A program made the translations under genes and the position numbers. A DNA stretch of 64,000 nt from NCBI GenBank assembly GCA_041946735.1, contig JBHGAY010000008.1, forward strand, positions 64,001-128,000. Direction: 5' to 3'. The notes under the pieces are model-generated. The model was not told the origin of the DNA and did no database searches. It worked only from the letters and a program-made list of their open reading frames with translations. This document shows, piece after piece, positions 20,476-30,216 of this stretch. Source of the stretch: Candidatus Eiseniibacteriota bacterium (GTDB taxonomy: Bacteria; Eisenbacteria; RBG-16-71-46; CAIMUX01; VGJL01). The first letter of the stretch is position 1. The number at the start of each line of letters is the position of its first letter.

Positions 20476-22062
20476 ATGGCGAAAAGAGCCCTCACCTCCC
20501 AGAGCCCGCCCCGCACGATCCCCGAGTGGGTCGTGTCTCCCTGGTTCTACCTCCTGCTCGCCATCGCCGCCGGGGTCGTGATCGCGCAGCTGCTCACGGG
20601 ACAGCTCGCTCCCCGCTGGATCAAGGCGTTGATCGGTCTGGTGTTCCTCTTCGGCCTCTTCCGCCTGCCGCTCTACGCGGTCGTGTCCCTCTTCCTGATC
20701 GCGTTCCCGTTTCCGACGTGGATCTTCGTCGGCAACACGAACATCGTGCTGATCGTGATGATGCTCGCCTTCTGGGGGGTGAAGGTCCGCCTCGGCAAGG
20801 AGCCGGCGCCGCCGAAGACCTACCTCGACTACGCGGCCTGGACCTACCTGCTGGTGCATCTGCTCTCGTTCTTGAACGTGGGGAACGCCTCCGACCTGCG
20901 CAACGGGATCTACCAGGTCAGCTTCCTGGGGTCTGCGGTCGGCCTGTATTGGCTCGTCTCGAAGACGATCCGCGACGAGCACGAGCTCGAGGTTGCGCTG
21001 AAGGCGTTCGTGTTCACCTCGCTCCTCGTTTCGATCACGGGCGTCATGGACTACTTCTACCCGGCGGTGCAGCTGATCCCGGACTCGTTCATCGCGGCCG
21101 GCCCTACCGGCAAGCGGTTCGCCGAGGGAGGACGCGTCGGTGGCGTGTTCCGCTTCCATGGGCTGCTCGCCGACTTTTGCGCGATCCTCTTCATCTTGCA
21201 GGCCTACCTGTTCGTGAGATCGCGCAGCTTGCTGGGGAAGGCGTTCTACGCCGCGCTGATGGCCGCCGGCGTCTTCCAGATCATCGTCACGGCGAACCGC
21301 GGCGGTTTCGTGATCTGGGTGATCGGCCTCCTCTACATGTTCTGGATCGGGCGTGCGGCGTTGACGACGCGAAGGGTGGTGATCGCCCTGCCGATCCTCT
21401 TCGTCGTCGGTTACGTCGCCGAGATCGCGACCGCGCGCTATGGGCGCGTCGTCACGCTCTTCGCCCGGCTCCTCACGACGCACTTCGAGAGCGGTATTCC
21501 GGACACCCGCGTGCAAGTGTGGACCAGCGTTCTCCGGGAGATTCCGGAGCATATCTGGATCGGCCATGGGCCGTTCTACGACATGACGAGGGCGGGCGCG
21601 GGCGTGCTCTCGCGCAACTGGCCGCACAGCGCCTACCTCTGGTATCTCTGGACCACGGGGATCGTCGGTCTTGCCGTATTCCTCTGGATCCTGTTCAAGG
21701 TGCTCTGGAAGAGCCGGCCGGGGAAGCTCCAGTTCGGGAAAGTCTCGTTCGCCCACGGAGCGATGGCTGTCGCGCACATCCAGATCGTCCAGTTCGCCCT
21801 CGCGCAGATCCGCGACGAGCACCAGCGCGGGAACGTCTATCCCTTCCTGATGTGGGCCCTGATCGGCTTCGCCGTCGCTGCGCGGCGCATCAAGGAGGAG
21901 CGTGAGGAGGCCGAGGCGGAAGGTCTCGAGGGAGCGCCGGCAGAGCTGCGAACGCCCGCGGCGGGCGGGCCGCGCGCTGGCGCAGTCTCCGCTCCGTCCT
22001 CCGCTCCATCCTCCACTCCGGTCGACGCCGGGCCGCGGCCGAGGAGCCTCTACAGGATCTGA
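20476..22062 (+). CDS. O-antigen ligase/Wzy-like polytopic membrane protein
   Basis: Many TMs; TANRGG, DTRVQVW, WIGHGP, PHSAYL motifs. Confidence 0.75.
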   Translation: MAKRALTSQSPPRTIPEWVVSPWFYLLLAIAAGVVIAQLLTGQLAPRWIKALIGLVFLFGLFRLPLYAVVSLFLIAFPFPTWIFVGNTNIVLIVMMLAFWGVKVRLGKEPAPPKTYLDYAAWTYLLVHLLSFLNVGNASDLRNGIYQVSFLGSAVGLYWLVSKTIRDEHELEVALKAFVFTSLLVSITGVMDYFYPAVQLIPDSFIAAGPTGKRFAEGGRVGGVFRFHGLLADFCAILFILQAYLFVRSRSLLGKAFYAALMAAGVFQIIVTANRGGFVIWVIGLLYMFWIGRAALTTRRVVIALPILFVVGYVAEIATARYGRVVTLFARLLTTHFESGIPDTRVQVWTSVLREIPEHIWIGHGPFYDMTRAGAGVLSRNWPHSAYLWYLWTTGIVGLAVFLWILFKVLWKSRPGKLQFGKVSFAHGAMAVAHIQIVQFALAQIRDEHQRGNVYPFLMWALIGFAVAARRIKEEREEAEAEGLEGAPAELRTPAAGGPRAGAVSAPSSAPSSTPVDAGPRPRSLYRI

Positions 22063-22619
22063 CGGCCTGCTCTATCGCCGGCCTGCTCCCCCGCCGATCT
22101 GCTCCCTCCGCAGCCCGATCGCTCTGACCGCCCACCTCCTGCCGAGCTCCTGCCCATCCTGCTGACGAGTTGCCGGACCAACCCAGTCCGAAGTCGCCGG
22201 ACAATATCCTTTTTGCATCACGAACTTTCGTGGAGCCTCTTCGTATTTCGTGACCGCTTCTTCATGTCTACTAGTTAATATCCGCGCCGGATAGGTGCGG
22301 GGACCTCGCAGCGTTGCGATCGGCGCCCCCTGAGACGCGCCGATCGCCGGACCTCCCGTCGCCCTCCCCTCGCCGGGTCTCTTCAGCCACTCGAACGCGC
22401 GGCCGCGTCGTGTTCGCTCCTCGGCCAAGGCAGGGCTGCCCCGCCGCGGGCGGCAGGGAGGTAGGGATGCGGTTTCCTGCCCGGTTCTTCCGTGTTTCGT
22501 TGGCGTCGTTCCACCCGAGACGGCCGAGAGGCGAGGACGAATTCGTTCCTCGACCCGCCGTCGTTTCCCTCGGCGTTCTCTTCGACCGGCCGCGTGAAAG
22601 GCCGCTGCCCTGCGCACCC

Positions 22620-24662
22620 ATGCGCCTCGTGCTCCCGTCCTTGCTCGCGCCGCTGATCTTCCTGGCGCCGCCCGTTCGCGCGGGCAATAGCGCTTCCGTG
22701 GCATCGCTGGACGCGCGCGCGACCGCGGAATGTGCAGGTCTTCGCCTGTTTCTCGAGGGCGACGATGATCACGACGCGACCGCGACCGTCGCGTACAGGC
22801 CGAGCGGAGGCGCGTGGCAGCCGGCCCAGCCGCTGCTGCGTCTCGATGCGAACGCGACCGGCAATCTCCTCGCCGGAAGCGTCTTCCGTCTCGAGGAAGC
22901 GACCGACTACGAGTTCCGCGTGACGTTCTCCGATCCCGACGGCGGCTCGGACGTCCGGACCGTTGAGGCCCGTACCCGCGCCGCGCCCCGCGATCCCGTG
23001 CAGCCGAGGACGCGGTACGTCGTGCCGGGTTCGGGCGGGGGGAGCGGGACGGCATCCGATCCGTTCCGGGGCTTCGCCGCGGCGAACGCCGCGGCCGTTC
23101 CTGGAGACGTCTTCATCGTGCGGGCCGGCACGTACACCGGCACCGCGATTCTGGATCATTCCGGCACCGAGGAGAACCCGATCGTCTGGCGGGGCGAGGA
23201 CCCCTCCGCGGTGATCCTCGACGGCCAACTGTCCGTCTACCCGCTGCTCGACCTTCCTGCGGTGCGGCACGTCCATGTGGAAGGGATGACGCTGCAGAAC
23301 CCGCGCCGCTACGCGGTTCGCGCGACGGCCACCGAAGGCCTCGTGCTTCGCGGCTGCACGATCCGCGTCCCCGACGTTGCCGGCCAGGAGATGGGCGGCA
23401 TCTGTCTGCTCGGCGCCGGTCACTCCGACGCCTGGATCAGCGACAACCGAGTTTTCGGCCCGATCGTCTGGGAGGACGGGCGGGGCGACGACGACTCCTA
23501 CGCGATCCGCCTGCAAGGGCGCGGCCACGTGCTGCGCAACAACGAAATCCGCGATTGGTGGGACGGGACGAACGTCGGTGTGGACGATCCCTCCGTCGAG
23601 ACCTCCGACTGCGACGTCTCGCATAACGAGATCCACAACTGCATCGACGACGGCATCGAGACCGATGGCTCCTTCCACAACATCCGCGTCTTCGAGAACC
23701 GGATCACCAACGTCTTGTGCGGACTGAGCGCGCAGCCGGTCTACGGCGGCCCGGTGTACATGGTCCGCAACGTCGTCTACGACTGGCAGCTGAAGCCGTT
23801 GAAGTTCCATCTCGACCCATCCGGGCTGATCGTCGTGAACAACACCTTCGTGGGAGCCGACCCTCGCGGATGGGGCGGCGGCGAGTGGTGCAACACCTTG
23901 GTCGAGAACAACCTCTTCCTCGGAGGCAGCCAAGGCGGGCAGACGGGGCAGCCGATCTGTCTCGACACGGCCGGCGATCGGGCGCGGATGAACAACAACG
24001 GCTGGCGCCAGGTCGATCCGCAGCGCTTCGCCTACTGGAACGGCTCGTTCTATCCCACGCTCCAGGAGTTCCGGGACGCGACCGGCCTCGAAACTTCCGC
24101 GCGCCTCGTCGATCTCGACGTCTTCGTCGACGCCGAGGAGCCGCCGCTGGGCTCGTACATGGGTCAGGACGGCTTCATCCCGCCCTACGATCCGGGTAGT
24201 CAGGACTTGCGCCTGACGCAGGGCTGCGCCGCGGTCGACGCGGGGATCTACTTCGCCAACCTCGGGGGAACCTACACCGGCTCCGCTCCGGATCTGGGGG
24301 CGTACGAGACGGGACAGCAGGTTCCACTCTACGGGCCGCGGCCGGAGGCGCCGGCCGTCGTCGCGGCGAGCGTGGCGCGCTCGCGTCCCTTCCTGCATCC
24401 CGCGCTGCCGAACCCGTTCCACGCGGAGACAGTGATTCGTTTCGATCTCCCGGCCGAGGATCGGGTCCATCTGGCGATCGTCGACGCGGTCGGACGGCGC
24501 GTCCGCGTGCTTCTCGACGAAGCTTGCGGAGCGGGAACCAGAACGGTCGCGTGGGACGGCCGGGACGAGCAGGGCCGGGCCGTCGCTCCTGGCTTCTATT
24601 TCGCCCGGGTCGATGCGGATCGAGCGGGGATCGTGACCCGCAAGATCCTCAAGATCCGCTGA
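22620..24662 (+). CDS. Secreted right-handed beta-helix protein with FlgD-Ig C-terminal domain (start may be 22467)
   Basis: Signal peptide VRA-G; PGDVFIVRAGTY; beta-helix repeats (DDGIETD, NIRVFENRI); PDLGAYE; PNPF...WDGRDEQGRAVAPGFYF. Confidence 0.8.
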   Translation: MRLVLPSLLAPLIFLAPPVRAGNSASVASLDARATAECAGLRLFLEGDDDHDATATVAYRPSGGAWQPAQPLLRLDANATGNLLAGSVFRLEEATDYEFRVTFSDPDGGSDVRTVEARTRAAPRDPVQPRTRYVVPGSGGGSGTASDPFRGFAAANAAAVPGDVFIVRAGTYTGTAILDHSGTEENPIVWRGEDPSAVILDGQLSVYPLLDLPAVRHVHVEGMTLQNPRRYAVRATATEGLVLRGCTIRVPDVAGQEMGGICLLGAGHSDAWISDNRVFGPIVWEDGRGDDDSYAIRLQGRGHVLRNNEIRDWWDGTNVGVDDPSVETSDCDVSHNEIHNCIDDGIETDGSFHNIRVFENRITNVLCGLSAQPVYGGPVYMVRNVVYDWQLKPLKFHLDPSGLIVVNNTFVGADPRGWGGGEWCNTLVENNLFLGGSQGGQTGQPICLDTAGDRARMNNNGWRQVDPQRFAYWNGSFYPTLQEFRDATGLETSARLVDLDVFVDAEEPPLGSYMGQDGFIPPYDPGSQDLRLTQGCAAVDAGIYFANLGGTYTGSAPDLGAYETGQQVPLYGPRPEAPAVVAASVARSRPFLHPALPNPFHAETVIRFDLPAEDRVHLAIVDAVGRRVRVLLDEACGAGTRTVAWDGRDEQGRAVAPGFYFARVDADRAGIVTRKILKIR

Positions 24663-24791
24663 CCGAATCGGGATGGATGAGCCGCGGCCCGCGTGGTAGG
24701 CGGTTCGCGGCAACGACAGAGAGCAAAGGGACGGGCCGGAGGGCGGCCTCCGCCCGTCCCGATGGCCGCGGGCCCGTGGAACGCTACGACG

Positions 24792-27278
24792 TCAGCGCAA
24801 GAGCCGCAGCTTGACGCTCGCCGCCTCGCCGGCGAGTCTGCGCGTCCCGCTCGTCATTCGGGCGAGGTAGACGCCGCTCGGCGCCAGCTCGCCGGTCTCC
24901 ATGCGCCCATCCCACACGGCCTCACCGTTGCCGGAAGCGAGCATGCGCACGATTCTGCCTGCCGGGTCGACGATGGTGATCGTCGCTTCCTCCGTCCCCC
25001 GAGGCATGCGGAAGAGGATCCGCGGGGACGAGCCGGTCGCAGGATTGGGGAACGCGCGGAGCGACGAATCGTCCGAGCCGTTCCATGCCTCCTCGCCGAG
25101 ACCCGCCAGCGGCGGCAGCGCGCTGGTCCATGTCCCCGTGCTGGTGGAGAGGAGCACGCGTGGCTCGGAACCTCCGCTGTGCGCGAGACCGCGCGCGTAA
25201 CCGGAGCTGGCGAGGCCGGCGTTCCATGCCGAGAAGCTCGCTCCTCCGTTCGTCGACAGCATCACCTTCTCCGGGTCGGGCCGCGTGATCCACACGTTGT
25301 TCGCATCGTTCGGATCGCAGAGGACGCTCCAGACCGAGCCGGTGCCCGCGTATCCCGCGCTCGCCCAGCTGACGCCTCCGTTGGTCGTCTTGTACACGCC
25401 TCCGGCCCCGGCCGCATAGTTGCCGTCCGCGTAGTAGAGCGTCTGCGGATCGCCGCGGAGGACTGAAAGGCTCATCCCGCGCGCTCCCGGATGCAGGCCG
25501 GCGCTCGAATCGAACCAGTGAAGACCCCCGTCGGTCGTCCGGAGCGCTCCTCCGGTGTTCTGGCTGAAGTCGGCGAAGGCCGCGACGGCGATCTGGTCGG
25601 TCCCATCGTCGACGCGCTCGATGTCCTCGACAGTCTCCGACTCGATACTCTCGTACGCCTTCTTCCAGTTCGTCCCGCCGTCCGTGGTCAGCCAGACGGT
25701 CGCCTGGAAGCCGGCGACGCCGAAGTCAGCGCCTCCCGCTAGGATCGTGCCGGGCGCCTGGCGGCTGAAGCAGAGGCTCGTGAGGTCGGATTCGTAGAGG
25801 TCCCCCTGGTCGGGGCCGAGGCCCGTCCACGTGCCGTCCGGGTTGCGACGATACAGCCCCTCGGGAGCGACGCTGCTCGGTCCCGAAGAGATCGCGTAGA
25901 GCGTGCCATCGTAGGCGAAGCCCACGTGGCTATAGCGGGTGGGCGGGACCGCCTCGAGCCCCCAGCTCTCCCCGCCGTCGGTCGAGCGATAGACGCCGCC
26001 GTCGTTCTGGCCCTGGTACGCGATTGCGATCTCGAGGGGATCGACGGGGCTCGCGGCGACGGAATAGACATCGAGCGCCATGATCCCGTTCGAGGATGGC
26101 ACGAAGGTCGCGCCTCCATCCTCGCTCTGGTACACACCGAGAGAGCCCAAGCCGAGCAGGATCCGCGAGGCGCTCGCGGGGGCGAACCGAACCGAGCGGA
26201 CCGAGAACGACCCGCTTCCTCCGATCCCGAACGACCAGCTGACCCCGCCGTTCGTCGACCGGAAGACGCCGTCCCCGTCGGTGCCGGCGAGCAGGACGGA
26301 GGAGTTCGTGGGATCGATCTCGATGTCGCGCACGTAGAGGTTCGGCCATCCGCCGGACAGATCCGTCCAGCTCGCGCCGTTGTTCGTCGACGCGTAGAGC
26401 CCGACGTACTGCGATCCGAAGAGCATGCCGCCGCCGACCAGCACGCGGCTGCCGTCATGCACGACGTCCATCATCGGGTTGCCGGGAAGCCCCGCGGAGC
26501 GGTTGACCCAGCTCCCCCCGCCGTTCGTCGTCACCCACACGGCGCCGCCCCCGAAGCTGCCGCCGAAGCAGGCGTAGACCGAGTTGGAGTCGCCGGGGCG
26601 CACCGCGATGGAGCGGCACGCGAGCGGGGACATCGGGGGCGTCATGTTTGCCCAGCTCGTTCCGCCGTTCGTCGAGCGGATGACGTTGATCGGCTGGGCT
26701 CCCATCGCGTCGTCGACACCGGCCCAGATCGTGTTGGAATTGTTCGGATCGATGGTGACCTTGAAAATCACATCGTTCAGTCCGATGCCCAGCGCGAGCT
26801 GCGTCCAGTTCACCCCGGCGTTCGTGCTCTTCCAGATCCCATCGGTCGTCGCGGCGAAGACGGTCCCGGCCGGTGTGAACGCAATGCCATAGACGCTTTT
26901 CCCGGTGAGCGCCGAAACCGGGGACCAGTGGGCGCCGCCGTCGGTCGACCGGAACAGAAGCCCCGTGCCCCCGTCGGGCGCGAGTCCGGCGAGCGCCAGG
27001 TTGGGGTCGACCGGGGAGACGACCGCATCTTCGACGGTCCCCCCGAAGGGTCCGAGGGGGCCCCAGTCGGCCACGGGGGGATCTGTGCGCAGGTCGTCAC
27101 CAGGCAACCCGGGAGCCTCGATCCCGGGAGCGACCGCTTTCGCCCCCGTCCCGTCGATCCGGACCGAAGGATCTGCCGGATCCGGGAAGACGCGCTCGGG
27201 CGCCGGCGAGGCGAGCGAGGTGCTGGCGATCAGCAGGCAGAGGGCGAAGAGGGTGGTGGGAATGGAACGAACCCGCAT
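24792..27278 (-). CDS. Secreted BNR/Asp-box beta-propeller protein with FlgD-Ig C-terminal domain
   Basis: More than 10 (S/T)T(N/D)GGxxW repeats; signal peptide; FPNP...WDGRMETGELAPSGVYL. Confidence 0.85.
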   Translation of the reverse strand: MRVRSIPTTLFALCLLIASTSLASPAPERVFPDPADPSVRIDGTGAKAVAPGIEAPGLPGDDLRTDPPVADWGPLGPFGGTVEDAVVSPVDPNLALAGLAPDGGTGLLFRSTDGGAHWSPVSALTGKSVYGIAFTPAGTVFAATTDGIWKSTNAGVNWTQLALGIGLNDVIFKVTIDPNNSNTIWAGVDDAMGAQPINVIRSTNGGTSWANMTPPMSPLACRSIAVRPGDSNSVYACFGGSFGGGAVWVTTNGGGSWVNRSAGLPGNPMMDVVHDGSRVLVGGGMLFGSQYVGLYASTNNGASWTDLSGGWPNLYVRDIEIDPTNSSVLLAGTDGDGVFRSTNGGVSWSFGIGGSGSFSVRSVRFAPASASRILLGLGSLGVYQSEDGGATFVPSSNGIMALDVYSVAASPVDPLEIAIAYQGQNDGGVYRSTDGGESWGLEAVPPTRYSHVGFAYDGTLYAISSGPSSVAPEGLYRRNPDGTWTGLGPDQGDLYESDLTSLCFSRQAPGTILAGGADFGVAGFQATVWLTTDGGTNWKKAYESIESETVEDIERVDDGTDQIAVAAFADFSQNTGGALRTTDGGLHWFDSSAGLHPGARGMSLSVLRGDPQTLYYADGNYAAGAGGVYKTTNGGVSWASAGYAGTGSVWSVLCDPNDANNVWITRPDPEKVMLSTNGGASFSAWNAGLASSGYARGLAHSGGSEPRVLLSTSTGTWTSALPPLAGLGEEAWNGSDDSSLRAFPNPATGSSPRILFRMPRGTEEATITIVDPAGRIVRMLASGNGEAVWDGRMETGELAPSGVYLARMTSGTRRLAGEAASVKLRLLR

Positions 27279-27423
27279 GGCTGTCTCCTCCTTGCGTGAG
27301 TTCCGGATGTCGTGACACCGCGCGCAATTCTAGGCCCGCCGGACGCGATGTCCAAGCGCAAGCCCCCGGGTCGATGCCCGACGTTCGTTGGAGGTATAGC
27401 TTGTGCCTTTCTGAACTTACCTA

Positions 27424-27452
27424 TTGACACCTCTTCTAGCGCTCTGGATACT
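27424..27452 (+). promoter_or_regulatory. Sigma70-type promoter of the atp operon
   Basis: TTGACA (27424-27429), 17-bp spacer, GATACT (27447-27452). Confidence 0.7.
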
Positions 27453-27538
27453 GACCCTCTTGTGGGGTGGCGGCGAGGGGCGTGCGGCCCAGACGTCAGG
27501 CCTCCCTCCTGTCCGCGAAGAATCAAAGAGAGAACCAA

Positions 27539-27790
27539 TTGCGGGACGGCCGGAAAGGACAGCGCGGGGACGACCCGCGCACCTACTACCGAAGCGTCCT
27601 CGCCCTGATGACGATTCCGTTCGTCCTCGGAGTCGCGCCGGTGATCGGCTGGTGGTTCGGGCGATGGGTCGATCGGAAGGCCGGCACGGACTGGGTGTTC
27701 CAGGCGATCGGCGTCGCCCTCGGTCTCGGCGCGGGAGTCCGCGAGACCATTCTCGTCATTCGGAAGGTGCAGCGGGATCTGGATCGCTGA
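27539..27790 (+). CDS. atpZ: AtpZ/ATPase gene 1 family small membrane protein (TTG start inferred)
   Basis: Two TMs, GWWFGRWVDRKAGT motif; first gene of atp operon. Confidence 0.75.
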   Translation: MRDGRKGQRGDDPRTYYRSVLALMTIPFVLGVAPVIGWWFGRWVDRKAGTDWVFQAIGVALGLGAGVRETILVIRKVQRDLDR

Positions 27791-27799
27791 AGCGCGCAG

Positions 27800-29317
27800 A
27801 TGCGCGGGAGGTCGCTCGGCTTGGTAGGCGAATCGGCGGCGGCACGCGGGCTCGACTTCGGTCCGCGCTTTCTGCGCCGCATCCTCGTCACGACGACCTG
27901 GCTCGGTGGGGTCGTCTTCCTCTGCGTCGCCGTCTACGTGGGTCTTGGCGCGGCCCTCGCCTGGATCGCCGGCGTCGCGCTCGGCCTCGCCGACCTCCAT
28001 CTGCTCGATCGTCTTCTCGCCGAGGCGATGGGGGCGCGTCGAAAGCCCGCGCTCGTCCTCCTGGGCTTCCTCAAGGTGATCGGGATCTACGCCGCCGGCG
28101 CTGTTCTGCTCTTCGTCCTGCGGCTCTCTCCCTGGTATCTGCTCGCCGGCTTCTCCCTCTTTCTCGCCGTGATCTTCCTGAAGGTCCTCGGACGGCTCCT
28201 TCTCTCCTCCTCTCCGATGCGGAAGGACCGAGATGGCCCGGGCGGCCCCTGGCTGCGCCAAGGCCCGGGGCGTGGCCTCCTCCTCGTTCTCGCGTTCGCC
28301 GGCAGCCTCGCTCTCGGGGGAGCGGCGAGTGTCGCGCACGCGCAGGCTTCCACCGAGCACGGAGCCGCGGCGGTCGCGCAGGCTTCCCCCGAGCACGGAG
28401 CCGCGGCGGCCGCGCCACACGAGGCGGTGGCTCCGGACGGCCTGCCGGCGGGGAGCGACGTCGAGGAGGCGGCGGAGGAGACCACCGCGGAGCACGCGGA
28501 GGCGCACGGGGGTGGCGAAGAGGCTGCCCACGAGGGCCCGATGCTCGAGCTCCCCGACCTCTTTCACAATCTGGAGGCGTACTTCGGAGGCACGGGAGAG
28601 CAGCCTGCCGGCATCATCGACTACCTGTTCCTCTGGAGAGGCCCGATCTTCGCGCTGATCATCCTGCTCACCATCGCGACGCTCCTGCTTCGCGGAGCCG
28701 CGCGCCGCGCGATGATCCCCGGCGGCTTCCAGAATGCGGTCGAGTATGTCGTCGAGGCGTTCTACGACTTCACCTACGGGATCCTGGGACACCACGCGAA
28801 GGAGTTCGCGCCGTTCCTCGGGACGCTGTTCCTCTATATCTGGTTCATGAATCTCTCGGGGCTCGTGCCGCTCTTCAAGGCGCCGACCTCCCTCTTCGAG
28901 ACGACCCTCGCGCTCGCGCTGGTCGTCTTCCTGTACGTGCAGTGGACCGGGATCCGCAAGCTCGGCCTGCTCCGCTACCTGCATCACTTCGCCGGTTCGC
29001 CGTCGGACGTGATGGGATGGTGCATGGTCCCGCTGATGTTCCCGCTGCACCTGATCGGCGAAGTCGCGAAGCCGGTCTCCCTCTCGCTTCGACTCTTCGG
29101 CAACATCATGGGAGAGGACGTTCTGATCGCGATCTTCACCTGGCTCGGCGTCGCGATGCTGGCCGCGATCGGGTCTCCGATCGGAATCCCGCTCGAGTTC
29201 CCGTTCATCTTCCTGGGGCTCTTGCTCTCGACGATTCAGGCCCTGGTGTTCACGCTGCTCAGCGCCATCTACTTCTCGCAGATGCTCCCGCACGAAGAGG
29301 AGCATGGGGCTCATTGA
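27800..29317 (+). CDS. atpB: Fused ATP synthase protein I (AtpI-like, aa 1-139) and Fo subunit a
   Basis: C-terminal IPGGFQNAVE, KPVSLSLRLFGN (essential Arg), IQALVFTLL; N-terminal four-TM AtpI-like block in the same frame with no stop. Confidence 0.9.
   Translation: MRGRSLGLVGESAAARGLDFGPRFLRRILVTTTWLGGVVFLCVAVYVGLGAALAWIAGVALGLADLHLLDRLLAEAMGARRKPALVLLGFLKVIGIYAAGAVLLFVLRLSPWYLLAGFSLFLAVIFLKVLGRLLLSSSPMRKDRDGPGGPWLRQGPGRGLLLVLAFAGSLALGGAASVAHAQASTEHGAAAVAQASPEHGAAAAAPHEAVAPDGLPAGSDVEEAAEETTAEHAEAHGGGEEAAHEGPMLELPDLFHNLEAYFGGTGEQPAGIIDYLFLWRGPIFALIILLTIATLLLRGAARRAMIPGGFQNAVEYVVEAFYDFTYGILGHHAKEFAPFLGTLFLYIWFMNLSGLVPLFKAPTSLFETTLALALVVFLYVQWTGIRKLGLLRYLHHFAGSPSDVMGWCMVPLMFPLHLIGEVAKPVSLSLRLFGNIMGEDVLIAIFTWLGVAMLAAIGSPIGIPLEFPFIFLGLLLSTIQALVFTLLSAIYFSQMLPHEEEHGAH
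28340..28411 (+). repeat. 2 x 36-bp tandem repeat (AQASTEHGAAAV / AQASPEHGAAAA)
   Basis: Direct duplication visible in DNA within the atpI-atpB linker. Confidence 0.85.
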
Positions 29318-29378
29318 CGTTGGACACGGGCGGCCTCATGCGCCGGCCGTTCTTCAGCAAGCAAGGAGGTAGGCAGAC

Positions 29379-29609
29379 ATGACCGGTACGCTTCTTCACT
29401 TGGCGCTCCCCCTCGGCCTCGGGATCGCCGCATTCGGATCCGCCATCGGCCTCGGCCGCGCCGTCGGCAGCGCGATGGAGGCGATGGGCCGGCAGCCGGA
29501 AGCTGCCGGGAAGATCCAGGTCGGCATGGTGATCGGTTGCGCCTTCATCGAGGCGCTCACGATCTACGCCCTCGTCACCGTCTTCGTGCTCCAGGGAAGG
29601 CTCGGCTAG
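29379..29609 (+). CDS. atpE: ATP synthase Fo subunit c
   Basis: AAGGAGG RBS; RQPEA loop; conserved Glu in FIEALTIY. Confidence 0.96.
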   Translation: MTGTLLHLALPLGLGIAAFGSAIGLGRAVGSAMEAMGRQPEAAGKIQVGMVIGCAFIEALTIYALVTVFVLQGRLG

Positions 29610-29703
29610 CAGGACCAGAACCGTCTCGGAATCGACGGGAAGGCGGGACGTCGCGCTCAGCGGCGCTTGCGCGCCAGGCGGACTCCGAACGGGGGAGAGA
29701 GCG

Positions 29704-30216
29704 ATGGCAGCGGAAGTCAACGTACTGAATCCACACTGGAGCGAGGTCGCGACCCATGCGGTCGCCTTCGCCTTCGCGGTCGCCGTGCTCCGGCGCTACG
29801 CGTGGAAGCCGATCCTGGGGCTTCTCGAGGAGCGCCGCGCGAAGATCGTGTCGGACTTCGATGCGATCGAGAAGGGGAAGACGGCGAACGCGCAGATCCG
29901 CGCCGAGTACGAGCGCGAGCTTAAGACGATCGACCAGCAGGCGCGCGCCAAGATCCAGGAGGCGGTCGGAGAGGGACAGCGGGTCGCGGGCGAGATCCGC
30001 GAGCATGCGCGCCAGGAGTCGCGAGAGCTGATGCAGCGCGCGAAGGAGGAGATCGAGATCGAGAAGGACAAGGCGGAGGTCGCGCTGAAGGAGGACATGG
30101 TTCGCATGTCCCTCACGGCGGCCGAGAAGCTGCTCCGCTCGAAGCTCGACGACGCGACGCACAGGCGCCTGATCTCCGATGCGATCGACGACATGATGAG
30201 GATGCAGCTGACGTGA
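29704..30216 (+). CDS. atpF: ATP synthase Fo subunit b
   Basis: N-terminal TM, AWKPILGLLEERR, coiled coil; operon position. Confidence 0.93.
   Translation: MAAEVNVLNPHWSEVATHAVAFAFAVAVLRRYAWKPILGLLEERRAKIVSDFDAIEKGKTANAQIRAEYERELKTIDQQARAKIQEAVGEGQRVAGEIREHARQESRELMQRAKEEIEIEKDKAEVALKEDMVRMSLTAAEKLLRSKLDDATHRRLISDAIDDMMRMQLT

Noticed and set aside
29379..29609. Na+-coupled or N-type ATPase
   Set aside because: The c subunit lacks the Q...E-S/T signature, and the gene order ZIBEFHAGDC with a separate delta is the standard F-type arrangement.
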